A DNA stretch of 64,000 nt from a candidate division FCPU426 bacterium (GCA_963840035.1 CAWIXE010000001.1:320001-384000), one strand, 5' to 3'; counted from the stretch's first letter, positions 51,336 through 61,125 are shown. Translations and numbers: made by a program. Notes: generated from the sequence alone by a model not told the origin.

Positions 51336-52048
51336 CTGACTTCCACCGCTGCCGCATTATTCGCCGTATTGCTTTTTACGTCGGCGTCTATAAAGTACTG
51401 CTTTACGACCGTCCATCTTTTCGGCGGCCAGTAAACCAGCCACGCCCTTCCGCGGAAATACTCCCCGGGCAAAAAACCCCAGTGGCGCGAATCAGCCGAA
51501 TTATCCCTGTTGTCGCCCATCATAAAATAGGAACCTGCCGGAACTTTTATCGGCCCGAAATTGTCCCTGTATGAATCACCGTATGTTTTTTTATCGCTGT
51601 GCCACACATAAGGCTCTGATATTATTTTATTATTTATGAATAGCTGTTTGTTCTTTACCTGTATGATGTCCCCCGGCAGGCCGACGCAGCGCTTTATGAA
51701 CATTATATTAATATCCTGGGGATAGCGGAATATAGCGATTTCCCCCCTTTTTGGCATGGGAAACTTTACTGCTTTTTGCGCCTTTTCCGGAAGCAGCGAG
51801 CCGTATGCCCATTTATTAACGAGCAGCTGGTCCCCTTTAAGGAACGTATGCTCCATGGATTCCGAAGGTATCCTGAAGGCCTGTATGAAAAATATCCTTA
51901 AAACCGCCGCCACGGCCATGGCAAAAAACGCCGGCTCCACCCAGTCCCGCAGTTCTGAATCCTTTACGCGTAATATGAATACGATAAGTATCTCAGCGAG
52001 GAAAAGCGTGCCGAACAGGGACCAGAAAATTATTTCCGTTACTTCCAT
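51332..52048 (-). CDS. lepB: Signal peptidase I
   Basis: AFRIPSESM, FIKRCVGLPGD, MMGDNRDNSADSRHWG; ATG at 52048 after GGAG. Confidence 0.93.
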   Translation of the reverse strand: MEVTEIIFWSLFGTLFLAEILIVFILRVKDSELRDWVEPAFFAMAVAAVLRIFFIQAFRIPSESMEHTFLKGDQLLVNKWAYGSLLPEKAQKAVKFPMPKRGEIAIFRYPQDINIMFIKRCVGLPGDIIQVKNKQLFINNKIISEPYVWHSDKKTYGDSYRDNFGPIKVPAGSYFMMGDNRDNSADSRHWGFLPGEYFRGRAWLVYWPPKRWTVVKQYFIDADVKSNTANNAAAVEVR

Positions 52049-52070
52049 GGCATCTCCACTTGTTTTTTTT

Positions 52071-52182
52071 GTCATTGCGAGGAACAGCATTTGTTCCATG
52101 GTGACGAAGCAATCTCTGTATTTTACCGATATAACAGGGATTGCTTCGTCGGCATACTTCAAAAACGCCTTCTCGCAATAAC
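52071..52182. repeat. RPE-like palindromic element
   Basis: GTCATTGCGAGG..GACGAAGCAATCTC..GGATTGCTTCGTCGG..CTCGCAATAAC. Confidence 0.8.
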
Positions 52183-52364
52183 ACCCGCATAAATACAAAA
52201 CCTTGTGTCATTTTAAGTAATTTTACCTGCCCCGTCAATGCATATCTCCTCAAGTAAACGCTGTTATTAAGGAATTATTAGACTCAAACCCGACTTTTAC
52301 CGTAATGCGGTCGTTATTACCGGTATTTTTATATTATAACCCAATAAAATAGGCAGTTTTTTTA

Positions 52365-52393
52365 TTGACATCCGCTATTAAATGGGTTATAAC
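52365..52393 (+). promoter_or_regulatory. Sigma70 promoter of inositol-lipid operon
   Basis: TTGACA-17 bp-TATAAC. Confidence 0.6.
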
Positions 52394-52421
52394 TAAGCAT
52401 AACCAAAAAAACATAACGTAA

Positions 52422-53066
52422 TTGATTTCTTTTTTAAGGAGACTTTTTTTGCCAAAAGCAGGAAAAAGGGAAATTCGCTCCATTTTAAAGGATCTGAGCC
52501 AGAAAATCCTGGCTCCTGTTGTTGTTCTTTTAAAAAAAACAGGAATAACCCCTGACATCCTTACCTGGACAGGGTTCCTGCTGAACTTACCCGCGGTTTA
52601 CTTCATTATTAAGGGTAATTTCGCAATAGCCGCTCTCATAGTTCTTTTTGCCGCCATTTTTGACATGTTAGACGGCGCTTTAGCCCGCATGGGAAACATG
52701 AAGACCAAATTCGGCGGGTTTCTTGATTCTACGGTGGACAGGTTTATAGAGGGAATTTTGTACTTCGGACTTCTTGTATACTATATTGAAACCGGAAATA
52801 AATACGGCATCATGTTAAGTTACGCGGTGTTGTTCTTTTCCTTTCTTGTCAGCTATTTGCGGGCAAGGGCCGGAGGGCTTAAGATTGACTGTGAAGTCGG
52901 GATCTTTACGCGGCCTGAAAGGCTTGTTGTTCTTATATTAGGGCTTCTTTTTAACCTGGTTTTTTATGTGCTGGTTATACTGGTTGTGGCGTCGTTTATC
53001 ACCGCGGTACAGCGCATGATGCTTGTTTATGCTGAGGCCAAAAAGTTGGATAAAAAAAGGAAATAA
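52422..53066 (+). CDS. CDP-alcohol phosphatidyltransferase (phosphatidylinositol phosphate synthase-like)
   Basis: GITPD, DMLDGALAR..GGFLDSTVDR, VSYLRARA, RPERL. Confidence 0.9.
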   Translation: MISFLRRLFLPKAGKREIRSILKDLSQKILAPVVVLLKKTGITPDILTWTGFLLNLPAVYFIIKGNFAIAALIVLFAAIFDMLDGALARMGNMKTKFGGFLDSTVDRFIEGILYFGLLVYYIETGNKYGIMLSYAVLFFSFLVSYLRARAGGLKIDCEVGIFTRPERLVVLILGLLFNLVFYVLVILVVASFITAVQRMMLVYAEAKKLDKKRK

Positions 53067-53081
53067 TTTCAAGGAGGGTTT

Positions 53082-54167
53082 TTGAAGATGGAAAAGAAGA
53101 AAATCAGACTCGCGATTGTCGGACTCGGAAACTGCGCCTGGTCTCTTATGCAGGGGCTGGAGTACTATAAAAACGTAAAAGATGACGCGCAGATACAGGG
53201 ATTAATGCACGCCAACCTCGGCGGTTACAGGATTAAGGACATAGAACTTGTGGCCGCGTTTGATGTTGATTCCAATAAGGTCGGTAAGGACGCCAAAGAA
53301 GCCCTTGAATCACCTCCGAACAATACCATTGAATTCGCGAAATTAAAAAAGACCGGGGTTAAGGTCATGATGGGAAAGACCCTGGACGGCCTCGGCAAAT
53401 ATTACAGGACCGTCGTAAAAGAAGCCACGGCAAAACCCGTTGACATAGCAAAAACATTAAAAAAAGTTAAGGCTGATGTCCTCGTATCATACCTCCCTGT
53501 CGGCTCGGAAAAAGCCGTTAAATTTTACGCTACCGAATGCCTGAAGGCAAAGGTCGCTTTTGTAAACGCCATCCCGGTTTTTGTCGCCTCAAACCCGGAA
53601 TGGGCTGAGAAATTCAAAAAAGCCGGCGTGCCTATTATCGGCGACGACATCAAGTCGCAGGTCGGCGCCACCATAGTACACAGGGTATTAACGCAGCTGT
53701 TCGGAGACAGAGGCTGCAAGATTTACAGGACATACCAGATAAACTTCGGCGGCAATATGGACTTCATGAATATGCTGGAGAGGGAAAGGCTTTACTCCAA
53801 GAAAATATCCAAGACTAACGCCGTGCTAAGCCAGATGCAGAACCCGATAAACGCCGCGGAAGACGTCCACGTCGGCCCGAGCGACTACGTGCCGTGGTTA
53901 AAGGACAGGAAATGGTGCTATATAAAGATAGAAGGCTCCAATTTCGGCGAAGTTCCCATCGACATAGAGCTAAAGCTTGAGGTCTGGGATTCCCCCAACA
54001 GCGCCGGAGTTATCATTGACGCTGTAAGATGCGCGAAGATCGCCCTGGACAGGAAGATCGGCGGCATACTTGAAGGCCCTTCGGCGTATTTCATGAAAAC
54101 GCCTCCCAAACAGTACAACGACTCAAAAGCAAAGCAAATGGTCGAGGACTTCATTAAGGAAAGATAA
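53082..54167 (+). CDS. ino1: myo-Inositol-1-phosphate synthase
   Basis: [43 protein letters not shown]. Confidence 0.95.
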   Translation: MKMEKKKIRLAIVGLGNCAWSLMQGLEYYKNVKDDAQIQGLMHANLGGYRIKDIELVAAFDVDSNKVGKDAKEALESPPNNTIEFAKLKKTGVKVMMGKTLDGLGKYYRTVVKEATAKPVDIAKTLKKVKADVLVSYLPVGSEKAVKFYATECLKAKVAFVNAIPVFVASNPEWAEKFKKAGVPIIGDDIKSQVGATIVHRVLTQLFGDRGCKIYRTYQINFGGNMDFMNMLERERLYSKKISKTNAVLSQMQNPINAAEDVHVGPSDYVPWLKDRKWCYIKIEGSNFGEVPIDIELKLEVWDSPNSAGVIIDAVRCAKIALDRKIGGILEGPSAYFMKTPPKQYNDSKAKQMVEDFIKER

Positions 54168-55034
54168 ATGTACATACTGCTCAAACTCACAGAGCTGATA
54201 ATACAAAATATCCCGCGTAAAGCGGGATATTTTATTTTTACCGTTTTTTCAAAAATGTCATTCATCTTTAACAAAAAACGCAGGGAGACTCTCCGGGAAA
54301 ACTTGAGCGCAGCCATCGGCGCGGATAAAGTAGATGACGCGCTCTTAAAAAAGGTATTTGTCAATTACGGCAAGTATTACTGCGACCTTTTCATGAAAAC
54401 CACCAGCCTGCAGGCCTATATCCCGGCGGAGTGCGGCAATTATTTTCGTGACACCATTGTTCCCGTTGTAAATTCATACCTTACCAAAGGGCGCGGCGTT
54501 ATTTTTGCGTCCATGCATTACGGCAGCTGGGACATAGCCGGCAGTTTTGCCGCCGGGTACTTTAAGGGAAAGCTCAATGTTGTTGTTGAAAAGCTCTCAG
54601 GCGGTATGTTTAAATGGTTCATGGAGAAACGCGGCGTCCTGGGCATGAAGCCGATCGAATCCACCGACATCAAATCCATGATCAGGGTTTTAAAAGCCGG
54701 CGAAATACTCATCTTAATGGCCGACCGCGACCTGGACAAACGCGGCTATAAAATGGATTATTTCGGGAAGAAAGCGTGCATCCCCAGCGGCCCGGCGAAG
54801 ATATCGTTAATGGCTAAAACCCCGATATTCATAGGCGTGGCACCGAGGGATAAGGACGATAACTTCTGGCCAATGCTTAACATACCGCCGATTAACGCGG
54901 AATGCGTCGAAAGGTCGGAAGAAGCGGCGGAAAACATAACAAAACAGCTTGTCGCCGCGATGGAGAAGTTCGTAAGAAACGACCCGTCACAGTGGTGTAT
55001 GCTGCAGGAGGTCTTTGTAAAGGAAGATAAGTAA
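54168..55034 (+). CDS. Lipid A/PIM acyltransferase family (PatA-like)
   Basis: HYGSWD (HxxxxD), ADRDL, FFG-like YFG..PSGPA, PSQW. Confidence 0.85.
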   Translation: MYILLKLTELIIQNIPRKAGYFIFTVFSKMSFIFNKKRRETLRENLSAAIGADKVDDALLKKVFVNYGKYYCDLFMKTTSLQAYIPAECGNYFRDTIVPVVNSYLTKGRGVIFASMHYGSWDIAGSFAAGYFKGKLNVVVEKLSGGMFKWFMEKRGVLGMKPIESTDIKSMIRVLKAGEILILMADRDLDKRGYKMDYFGKKACIPSGPAKISLMAKTPIFIGVAPRDKDDNFWPMLNIPPINAECVERSEEAAENITKQLVAAMEKFVRNDPSQWCMLQEVFVKEDK

Positions 55035-55109
55035 TAGAAAAACGGAGCTGGATTATCACTTCTCCTGTCTCCAATCTCTTGTCTCTTAACCTCTAAGGAG
55101 CAACAACTT

Positions 55110-56249
55110 TTGACAAAAAGTAAAAGTTTTAAAAAAATAGCCATAGTAACGCCGTACTACTACCCGCTGTTTGGCGGCGTACAGGAGTATGTCTATCACT
55201 TAAAGAAAGAATATAAAAAACTCGGCTACTATGTCCGCGTTATAACCGGCACTTTTAAGAGGGAGCACAGCAAGGACGAGAACGAGGTCCTTCGCATGGG
55301 GCTCGGCGTGCCGATAAAGTTTAACGGCTCGGTAGGCAGGATCATCATGATACGCCGCGGTGAAAAGGTCAGGCAGACCCTTGATTATTATAACTTTGAC
55401 ATCATCCACCTCCAGGAACCCTTTGTTCCCTTCCTTTCGCACGACGTTATTAAGTATTCAAAAGCCGTCAATGTCGCCACCTTCCACGCCAATTTTGAGA
55501 CAAACTTCTTTTACAGCTTTGGCAGGGTTTTCCTCCTGCCTTTGTGGGACAGGCTTGCCGGCAGGATAGCTGTATCGCCTTCGGCTAAATCAAGCATTAC
55601 CAAATATTTCAGCGGCAAAGATGTTGAAATAATACCCAACGGCGTTGACACTTCCCGCTTCACGCCTAAAAACAAAAAGATAAAGAGATTTGATGACGGT
55701 ATGACAAATATTCTTTTTACAGGCAGGGTGGAAAAACGCAAAGGCCTGATATATCTGCTCCAGGCTTTCGGCGGGTTAAAGAAAAAACACCCGAAGATAC
55801 GCCTTATAGTCGTAGGCAGGGGCCCTCTTTTAAAGCATCACAAAAAATATGTAGAAGACAATAAAATCAAAGACGTCCACTTCGAGGGTTTTGTTCCCAT
55901 AGACGACCTTCCGCGTTATTATTCCACGGCCGACATCTACTGCTCCCCGGCTTTATTCGGGGAATCATTCGGCATAGTCCTGCTTGAGGCCATGGCCTCG
56001 GCGGTTCCTGTTGTGGCTTTCAACATAAGCGGGTATAATGACGTGGTCTCGAACTTAAGCGACGGCCTGCTCGCCGAGCCGCGAAACATACACGACCTGG
56101 CAGAAAAGCTGGAACTGCTTATAACCGATAAGAAACTGCGGCGCACTCTCGGGTCAAACGGCCTGAAAAAAGCGCGCAAATTCACATGGAAAGAGATAGC
56201 AGCGCGCAACATTGCGTATTATAAAAAACTCTGGGAGAACAAAAAATAA
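55110..56249 (+). CDS. GT4 phosphatidyl-myo-inositol mannosyltransferase (PimA-like)
   Basis: GGVQ, VPIKFNGSVGRI, IHLQEP, VATFH, IPNGVD, ADIYCSP..GESFGIVLLEAMA, as recalled for mycobacterial PimA. Confidence 0.8.
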   Translation: MTKSKSFKKIAIVTPYYYPLFGGVQEYVYHLKKEYKKLGYYVRVITGTFKREHSKDENEVLRMGLGVPIKFNGSVGRIIMIRRGEKVRQTLDYYNFDIIHLQEPFVPFLSHDVIKYSKAVNVATFHANFETNFFYSFGRVFLLPLWDRLAGRIAVSPSAKSSITKYFSGKDVEIIPNGVDTSRFTPKNKKIKRFDDGMTNILFTGRVEKRKGLIYLLQAFGGLKKKHPKIRLIVVGRGPLLKHHKKYVEDNKIKDVHFEGFVPIDDLPRYYSTADIYCSPALFGESFGIVLLEAMASAVPVVAFNISGYNDVVSNLSDGLLAEPRNIHDLAEKLELLITDKKLRRTLGSNGLKKARKFTWKEIAARNIAYYKKLWENKK

Positions 56250-57118
56250 TGTATTACATCCTCCGCTTTGCCACCTGGTTCATCTGCCTTTTCCCCATTA
56301 AGCCGCTTTACGCATTCGCCGGCTGGGCCACTAAAATAGTTTTTAAGTTCTGGAAGGAAAAACGGGAAAACATCCATAGAAATTACTCCGTGATTCTGTC
56401 AAAAAAGTACGGAAGGCCGGCCACTGGAGAAGAGATTAATGCCGTAATGGAGGATAACTACATCAACTACGGCAAGTTCAATGTAGAGTTCCTCTATATG
56501 AACAAGCTGATAAAAATGTCAAACCTTCCGCCCGCAAGGAATATTGAGCGCATTGACGAAGGCTTAAAACCCGGCAAAGGCCTCATGATATGTACCCTTC
56601 ACTTTTCCAACTGGGACGTGGCAGGCGCCATCATATCCGGCCATTATAAAGATAAATGCGAAGTCTGGGCCATAGCCGACGACTTAGGCGGCGGTTATTC
56701 AAAGTTCATCCAGGATTCCAGAAACCGCTACGGCATCAAGATAGTTCTGGGTAACAAGAACATAAAAGACGCCTACGGCTGCTTAAACAGGGGCGGCATA
56801 TTGAACGTGCTCTTAGACAGGCCATTGCCCCGCACAGACAAAAGCGGCGTTGAAGTGGAATTCTTCGGCAAAAAGATATGGGTAGCCTCCACAGCCGCCC
56901 GCATAGCCCTTAAAACAGGCTGCAGGATGTTAGTAGGCTACGCAGTAAGGGAAGGCATGTCCTTCTACGGCCAGCCCGGCCCGCTGCTGGAATACACCCT
57001 CACAGGCGACAAAGACAAGGACGTCCAGATAATCACCCAGTCAGCCATGAGAGACGCGGAAAAACTCATCATGGACCACCCGGAACAGTGGTATATGTTC
57101 AGGAATATGTGGACTTAA
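56249..57118 (+). CDS. Second PatA-like acyltransferase
   Basis: HFSNWD, LLDR, VEFFG, HPEQWYMF. Confidence 0.85.
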   Translation: MYYILRFATWFICLFPIKPLYAFAGWATKIVFKFWKEKRENIHRNYSVILSKKYGRPATGEEINAVMEDNYINYGKFNVEFLYMNKLIKMSNLPPARNIERIDEGLKPGKGLMICTLHFSNWDVAGAIISGHYKDKCEVWAIADDLGGGYSKFIQDSRNRYGIKIVLGNKNIKDAYGCLNRGGILNVLLDRPLPRTDKSGVEVEFFGKKIWVASTAARIALKTGCRMLVGYAVREGMSFYGQPGPLLEYTLTGDKDKDVQIITQSAMRDAEKLIMDHPEQWYMFRNMWT

Positions 57119-57255
57119 AACAAATTTTCAATTCTAAATTTTCAATTTTCAATTAAATTCTTGCGTTTTAATAATCGCACTGTATAATGTCTTTTGTTAT
57201 TATTTGTTATTAATTGAAAATTTAAAATATAAAATTGAAAATCGGAAGGTTGACA

Positions 57256-57984
57256 ATGCCAAAAAAAGTATTTAAAAACAACAAACTACCAAAAGGTTTT
57301 TCAAAGGCCGACTACCACATCCACACCTCCATAGGCGACGCGGTAATGACGCCTCAGGAGCTGGTTGACTTCTGCGAGCATAAGACCGACTTAAAAGTAA
57401 TCGCCGTCACAGACCACGACCAGATAAAAGGGGCCATAGAGGCTCAGCAGTACGCCAAAAAGAAAAAGTACAAGCTGGAAGTCATAGTGGGTGAGGAAGT
57501 CTCCACACTTAAAGGCCACCTCATAGGCCTCTTCATGAAACAGCGCATCAGAAGGTACACGACGCTCCCCAAAACCATAAAGATGATACACGAACAGGGC
57601 GGCATAGTCATAGTCCCCCACCCATTGTCATGGTTGACCACCAGCGTGGGTGAGATGGCCTTCAGGCAGATAATAAAGTCAAAGGATCCCAACATATATT
57701 TCGACGCTGTAGAATTAATAAATCCGGCGATAGCCGGGAAGATAACGGACGGAAAGGCTCAGAAACTTAACGATAAAGTTTGGAAACTCCCCGTCACAGG
57801 CGGCTCAGACGCCCACTCCATAGACGGCATAGGCTCAGCATACACAATCTTCAAAGGCAAAACCGCCGAAGACTTCCGCAAAGCGATCTTAAACGGCACA
57901 ACCACATACGGCGGTTGTTACTGGAACTTCAGGGAGCATTGGGATTTGTTTGTGGAAAAATTTAAAAAGTTTAAAGTTTTTTAA
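57256..57984 (+). CDS. PHP domain phosphoesterase
   Basis: ADYHIHT, AVTDHD, GEEV, PHP, GGSDAH. Confidence 0.9.
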   Translation: MPKKVFKNNKLPKGFSKADYHIHTSIGDAVMTPQELVDFCEHKTDLKVIAVTDHDQIKGAIEAQQYAKKKKYKLEVIVGEEVSTLKGHLIGLFMKQRIRRYTTLPKTIKMIHEQGGIVIVPHPLSWLTTSVGEMAFRQIIKSKDPNIYFDAVELINPAIAGKITDGKAQKLNDKVWKLPVTGGSDAHSIDGIGSAYTIFKGKTAEDFRKAILNGTTTYGGCYWNFREHWDLFVEKFKKFKVF

Positions 57985-58146
57985 TTTAATATTTCTATTA
58001 AACCTTTAATATAAAACATTCCTGCGTTTCAAAACATAACATTTCTGTTCTATTTTTTAACATTTTCCGTTCTATTTTTAAACACTTTTATCCACATTTC
58101 CCCATTATAAATCACAAATAGTAAATTTTAAATGGGTTTTTCACTC

Positions 58147-58162
58147 TGGCACACCCCTTGCT
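58147..58162 (+). promoter_or_regulatory. Sigma54 (-24/-12) promoter
   Basis: TGGCACACCCCTTGCT, exact GG-N10-GC spacing. Confidence 0.7.
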
Positions 58163-58220
58163 TTTTAATAATTTGAAACCGCTAACAATGGCGGGAATAA
58201 AAAACAAGGAGGCGAGTTGT

Positions 58221-58655
58221 ATGAGACATCTTGAAAGGCACGACTTACCGGTTTTAAGAAGTAACACCTTTTTTCCCAGCTTTTTCGACGACTTTTTAGG
58301 GAAAGAGGACTTCATGGGGCTTTCGAAGTTTACGCCGGCGGTTGATGTCGCGGAGGAAAAGGACAGGTATGTTGTGAAGGCGGATTTCCCGGGCATGAAA
58401 CAGGAAGACATCAGGGTTGAGGTGGACGCTAACACGCTGACTATCTCGGGGGAAAGAAAGCACGAGAAAGAGGAAAAAGACGACAAAAAACACTACCACT
58501 ACTATGAGCGCAGCTACGGCTCTTTCGAACGCACCTTCACCCTCCCGCACGACGCTGACGGCGACAAGATCAAAGCCAAAGTGGAACACGGGGTCCTCAC
58601 GGTTGACATACCGAAATCAGAGACGAAAAAGGCTAAGGAAATAAAGGTGGAGTAA
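58221..58655 (+). CDS. Hsp20/alpha-crystallin small heat shock protein
   Basis: PAVDV, ADFPG, LTISGER, ERSYGSFERTFTLP, GVLTVDIPK. Confidence 0.95.
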   Translation: MRHLERHDLPVLRSNTFFPSFFDDFLGKEDFMGLSKFTPAVDVAEEKDRYVVKADFPGMKQEDIRVEVDANTLTISGERKHEKEEKDDKKHYHYYERSYGSFERTFTLPHDADGDKIKAKVEHGVLTVDIPKSETKKAKEIKVE

Positions 58656-58759
58656 CGCAAGGACAAATGAAACCTGAGGGCGCATAATATGCGCCCTCTA
58701 CGGTTTTATGAATTGTCTTCCTCCTAAACCCCTAATCCTTACCCTTATGTTCCTGCCTT

Positions 58760-59835
58760 GAGACGCAGACAAGCTGCGTCTCTACAATGGTTGTAAATAT
58801 TTCAGCTGTGAAAACCCGTAGAGACGGGACCCGTGCCCGTCTCCGCGCTGCTGCGTTGCTGCCCTGAGACGCAGACAAGCTGCGTCTCTACAGTGTGCGT
58901 AAATATTTCAGTTCTTAAAACCCGTAGAGACGGGACCCGTGCCCGTCTCCGCGCTGCTGCGTTGCTGCCCTGAGACGCAGACAAGCTGCGTCTCTACAGT
59001 GGTTATAAATATTTCAGCTGTAAAAACCGTAGAGACGGGCCTTGTGCCCGTCTCCACGCTGCTGCGTTGTTGCACTGAGACGCAGACAAGCTGCGTCTCT
59101 ACAGTGGGTGTAAATATTTACAGCTGTTAAACCCGCAGAGACGGGACCCGTGCCCGTCTCCGCGCTGCTGCGTTGCTGCCCTGAGACGCAGACAAGCTGC
59201 GTCTCTACAATGGGTGTAAATATTTACAGCTGTTAAACCCGTAGAGACGGGACTCGTGCCCGTCTCCGCGCTGCTGCGTTGCTGCCCTGAGACGCAGACA
59301 AGCTGCGTCTCTACAATGGTTGTAAATATTTCAGCTGTTAAAACCGTAGAGACGGGACCCGTGCCCGTCTCCGCGCTGCTGCGTTGCTGCCCTGAGACGC
59401 AGACAAGCTGCGTCTCTACAATGGTTGTAAATATTTCAGCTGTGAAAACCCGTAGAGACGGGACCCGTGCCCGTCTCCGCGCTGCTGCGTTGCTGCCCTG
59501 AGACGCAGACAAGCTGCGTCTCTACAATGGTTGTAAATATTTCAGCTGTGAAAACCCGTAGAGACGGGACCCGTGCCCGTCTCCGCGCTGCTGCGTTGCT
59601 GCCCTGAGACGCAGACAAGCTGCGTCTCTACAATGGTTGTAAATATTTCAGCTGTTAAAACCGTAGAGACGGGCCTTGTGCCCGTCTCCGCGCTGCTGCG
59701 TTGCTGCCCTGAGACGCAGACAAGCTGCGTCTCTACAATGGTTGTAAATATTTCAGCTGTTAAAACCGTAGAGACGGGCCTCGTGCCCGTCTAAACCCCG
59801 GATCGATCCAGACCCCCACGAGGGGCGTCTCTACG
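58760..59835. repeat. BIME/REPIN-like tandem array, ~10 units of 105-106 bp
   Basis: Alternating GTAGAGACGGG..CCCGTCTC and GAGACGCAGACAAGCTGCGTCTCTAC with near-identical linkers. Confidence 0.95.
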
Positions 59836-59900
59836 AATCTCTTGCATTTTCCTGTCACCTGCAATATAATACATTCATATTAAACAAACGGGGAGATTAT

Positions 59901-60293
59901 ATGATAGACAACAAACAGGAAGACAACATAGACCTGATTAACCTTGTGCTCATGCTCAATCAGAACGCCTTAATATCTTTGGGTGAGGCTTCGCGGTTTG
60001 CCGGCGGGAAAAAGTCAGAGAACCTTCCCCACGCGCGGCAGGCCATCAACATGCTTAAATCCATACAGGAAAAGACCAAAAACAACCTCACTCCCGGCGA
60101 GACAAAGCTTATTTTCAGGCTGCTGGGCGATTTGCAGGCCAAGTATGTGAAAGCCGCCGGGCTCGACAGGCCGGGGGAAGTCAAGTCCTCAAACCCCAAA
60201 CGGGATAAGCTCGAAGCGGCACTGGATAAGTTCAAGACCGATGACCTTGCAAAGATACTCGCTGACCTCGCCAAAAAATCAGCAGATAAATAA
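59901..60293 (+). CDS. DUF1844 family protein
   Basis: ALISLG..NLPHARQAINML..EKTKNNLT..E..L..LQ. Confidence 0.75.
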   Translation: MIDNKQEDNIDLINLVLMLNQNALISLGEASRFAGGKKSENLPHARQAINMLKSIQEKTKNNLTPGETKLIFRLLGDLQAKYVKAAGLDRPGEVKSSNPKRDKLEAALDKFKTDDLAKILADLAKKSADK

Positions 60294-60299
60294 TACCTG

Positions 60300-60800
60300 A
60301 TGCTTCAATATCAAAACATAAAAAAAATAGGAGTTATTTCGGATACCCACATACCCACGCGCGCCGAGAGCCTTCCTGAAAAAATATCTTCAATTTTTAA
60401 GGGCGTTGACCTTATAATTCATTGCGGCGATATTGTTTCCGATGACGTTCTTGTGGAACTCTCTTCCATAGCGCCTGTGGCCGCTGTAAAGGGCAACATG
60501 GACTCATACGGAATAAGCCTTCCTGTTGAGGAAATCATAAAAATAAATGACACCTTCACCATTTGCGCGTCCCACGGCGCGGGTTCTCCTTTTAGCATTA
60601 AAGAACGCCTTTATAAGGCCTTTAAACAATACGCCCCGTCCTTGGTCTTATACGGCCACACGCACATAGCAGCGAAGGATGAATACATGGGCATACCATT
60701 TTTTAATCCGGGCAGCCCCACGGCAGGCTCTTCTTTTGACTCCGTGGGCATTATACTTATAGAAGAAAATATATTAAATACAGAAGTTATAAAGCTCTAA
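60300..60800 (+). CDS. YfcE-type metallophosphoesterase
   Basis: ISDTH, HCGD, VKGNMD, SHG, YGHTH, NPGS. Confidence 0.9.
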   Translation: MLQYQNIKKIGVISDTHIPTRAESLPEKISSIFKGVDLIIHCGDIVSDDVLVELSSIAPVAAVKGNMDSYGISLPVEEIIKINDTFTICASHGAGSPFSIKERLYKAFKQYAPSLVLYGHTHIAAKDEYMGIPFFNPGSPTAGSSFDSVGIILIEENILNTEVIKL

Positions 60801-61002
60801 CTTTTGAAATACGTTTACTTATTGTGAATTCGTACCTTTGGGGGCATTACCAACCAATAAAACACCTTAAAAATATAGCATTTATTATACTGGTGTTATT
60901 GTGTATAAGTGTTAATTGATTGTGGATAAGTAGGAGTTTGTACGAAAATTTCCGAAAACACATAATACCTTATTTTCTACGATTTTAGTATTTGTTAGGA
61001 TT

Positions 61003-61114
61003 GTCATTGCGAGGAGCCGTATTTGTCTTATGGCGACGAAGCAATCTCTGTATTTCGCCAGTAGAACAGAGATTGCTTCGTCGGCGAAATTCAAATTCGC
61101 CTCCTCGCAATGAC
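61003..61114. repeat. RPE-like palindromic element
   Basis: GTCATTGCGAGGAG..GACGAAGCAATCTCTG..CAGAGATTGCTTCGTC..CTCCTCGCAATGAC. Confidence 0.85.
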
Positions 61115-61125
61115 GTCTATATATA

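Noticed and set aside
52049..52198. N-terminal extension of lepB (likewise the extended starts of hemW, the methyltransferase, PAP2 and NYN genes)
   Set aside because: Extensions run through repeat DNA; the downstream ATG fits the family N-terminus better
58802..59794. Short ORFs such as VETQLVCVS and ETQTSCVST
   Set aside because: Translations of the REP array
58760..59835. CRISPR array
   Set aside because: Inter-repeat segments are near-identical, units are REP doublets, and no cas genes are present
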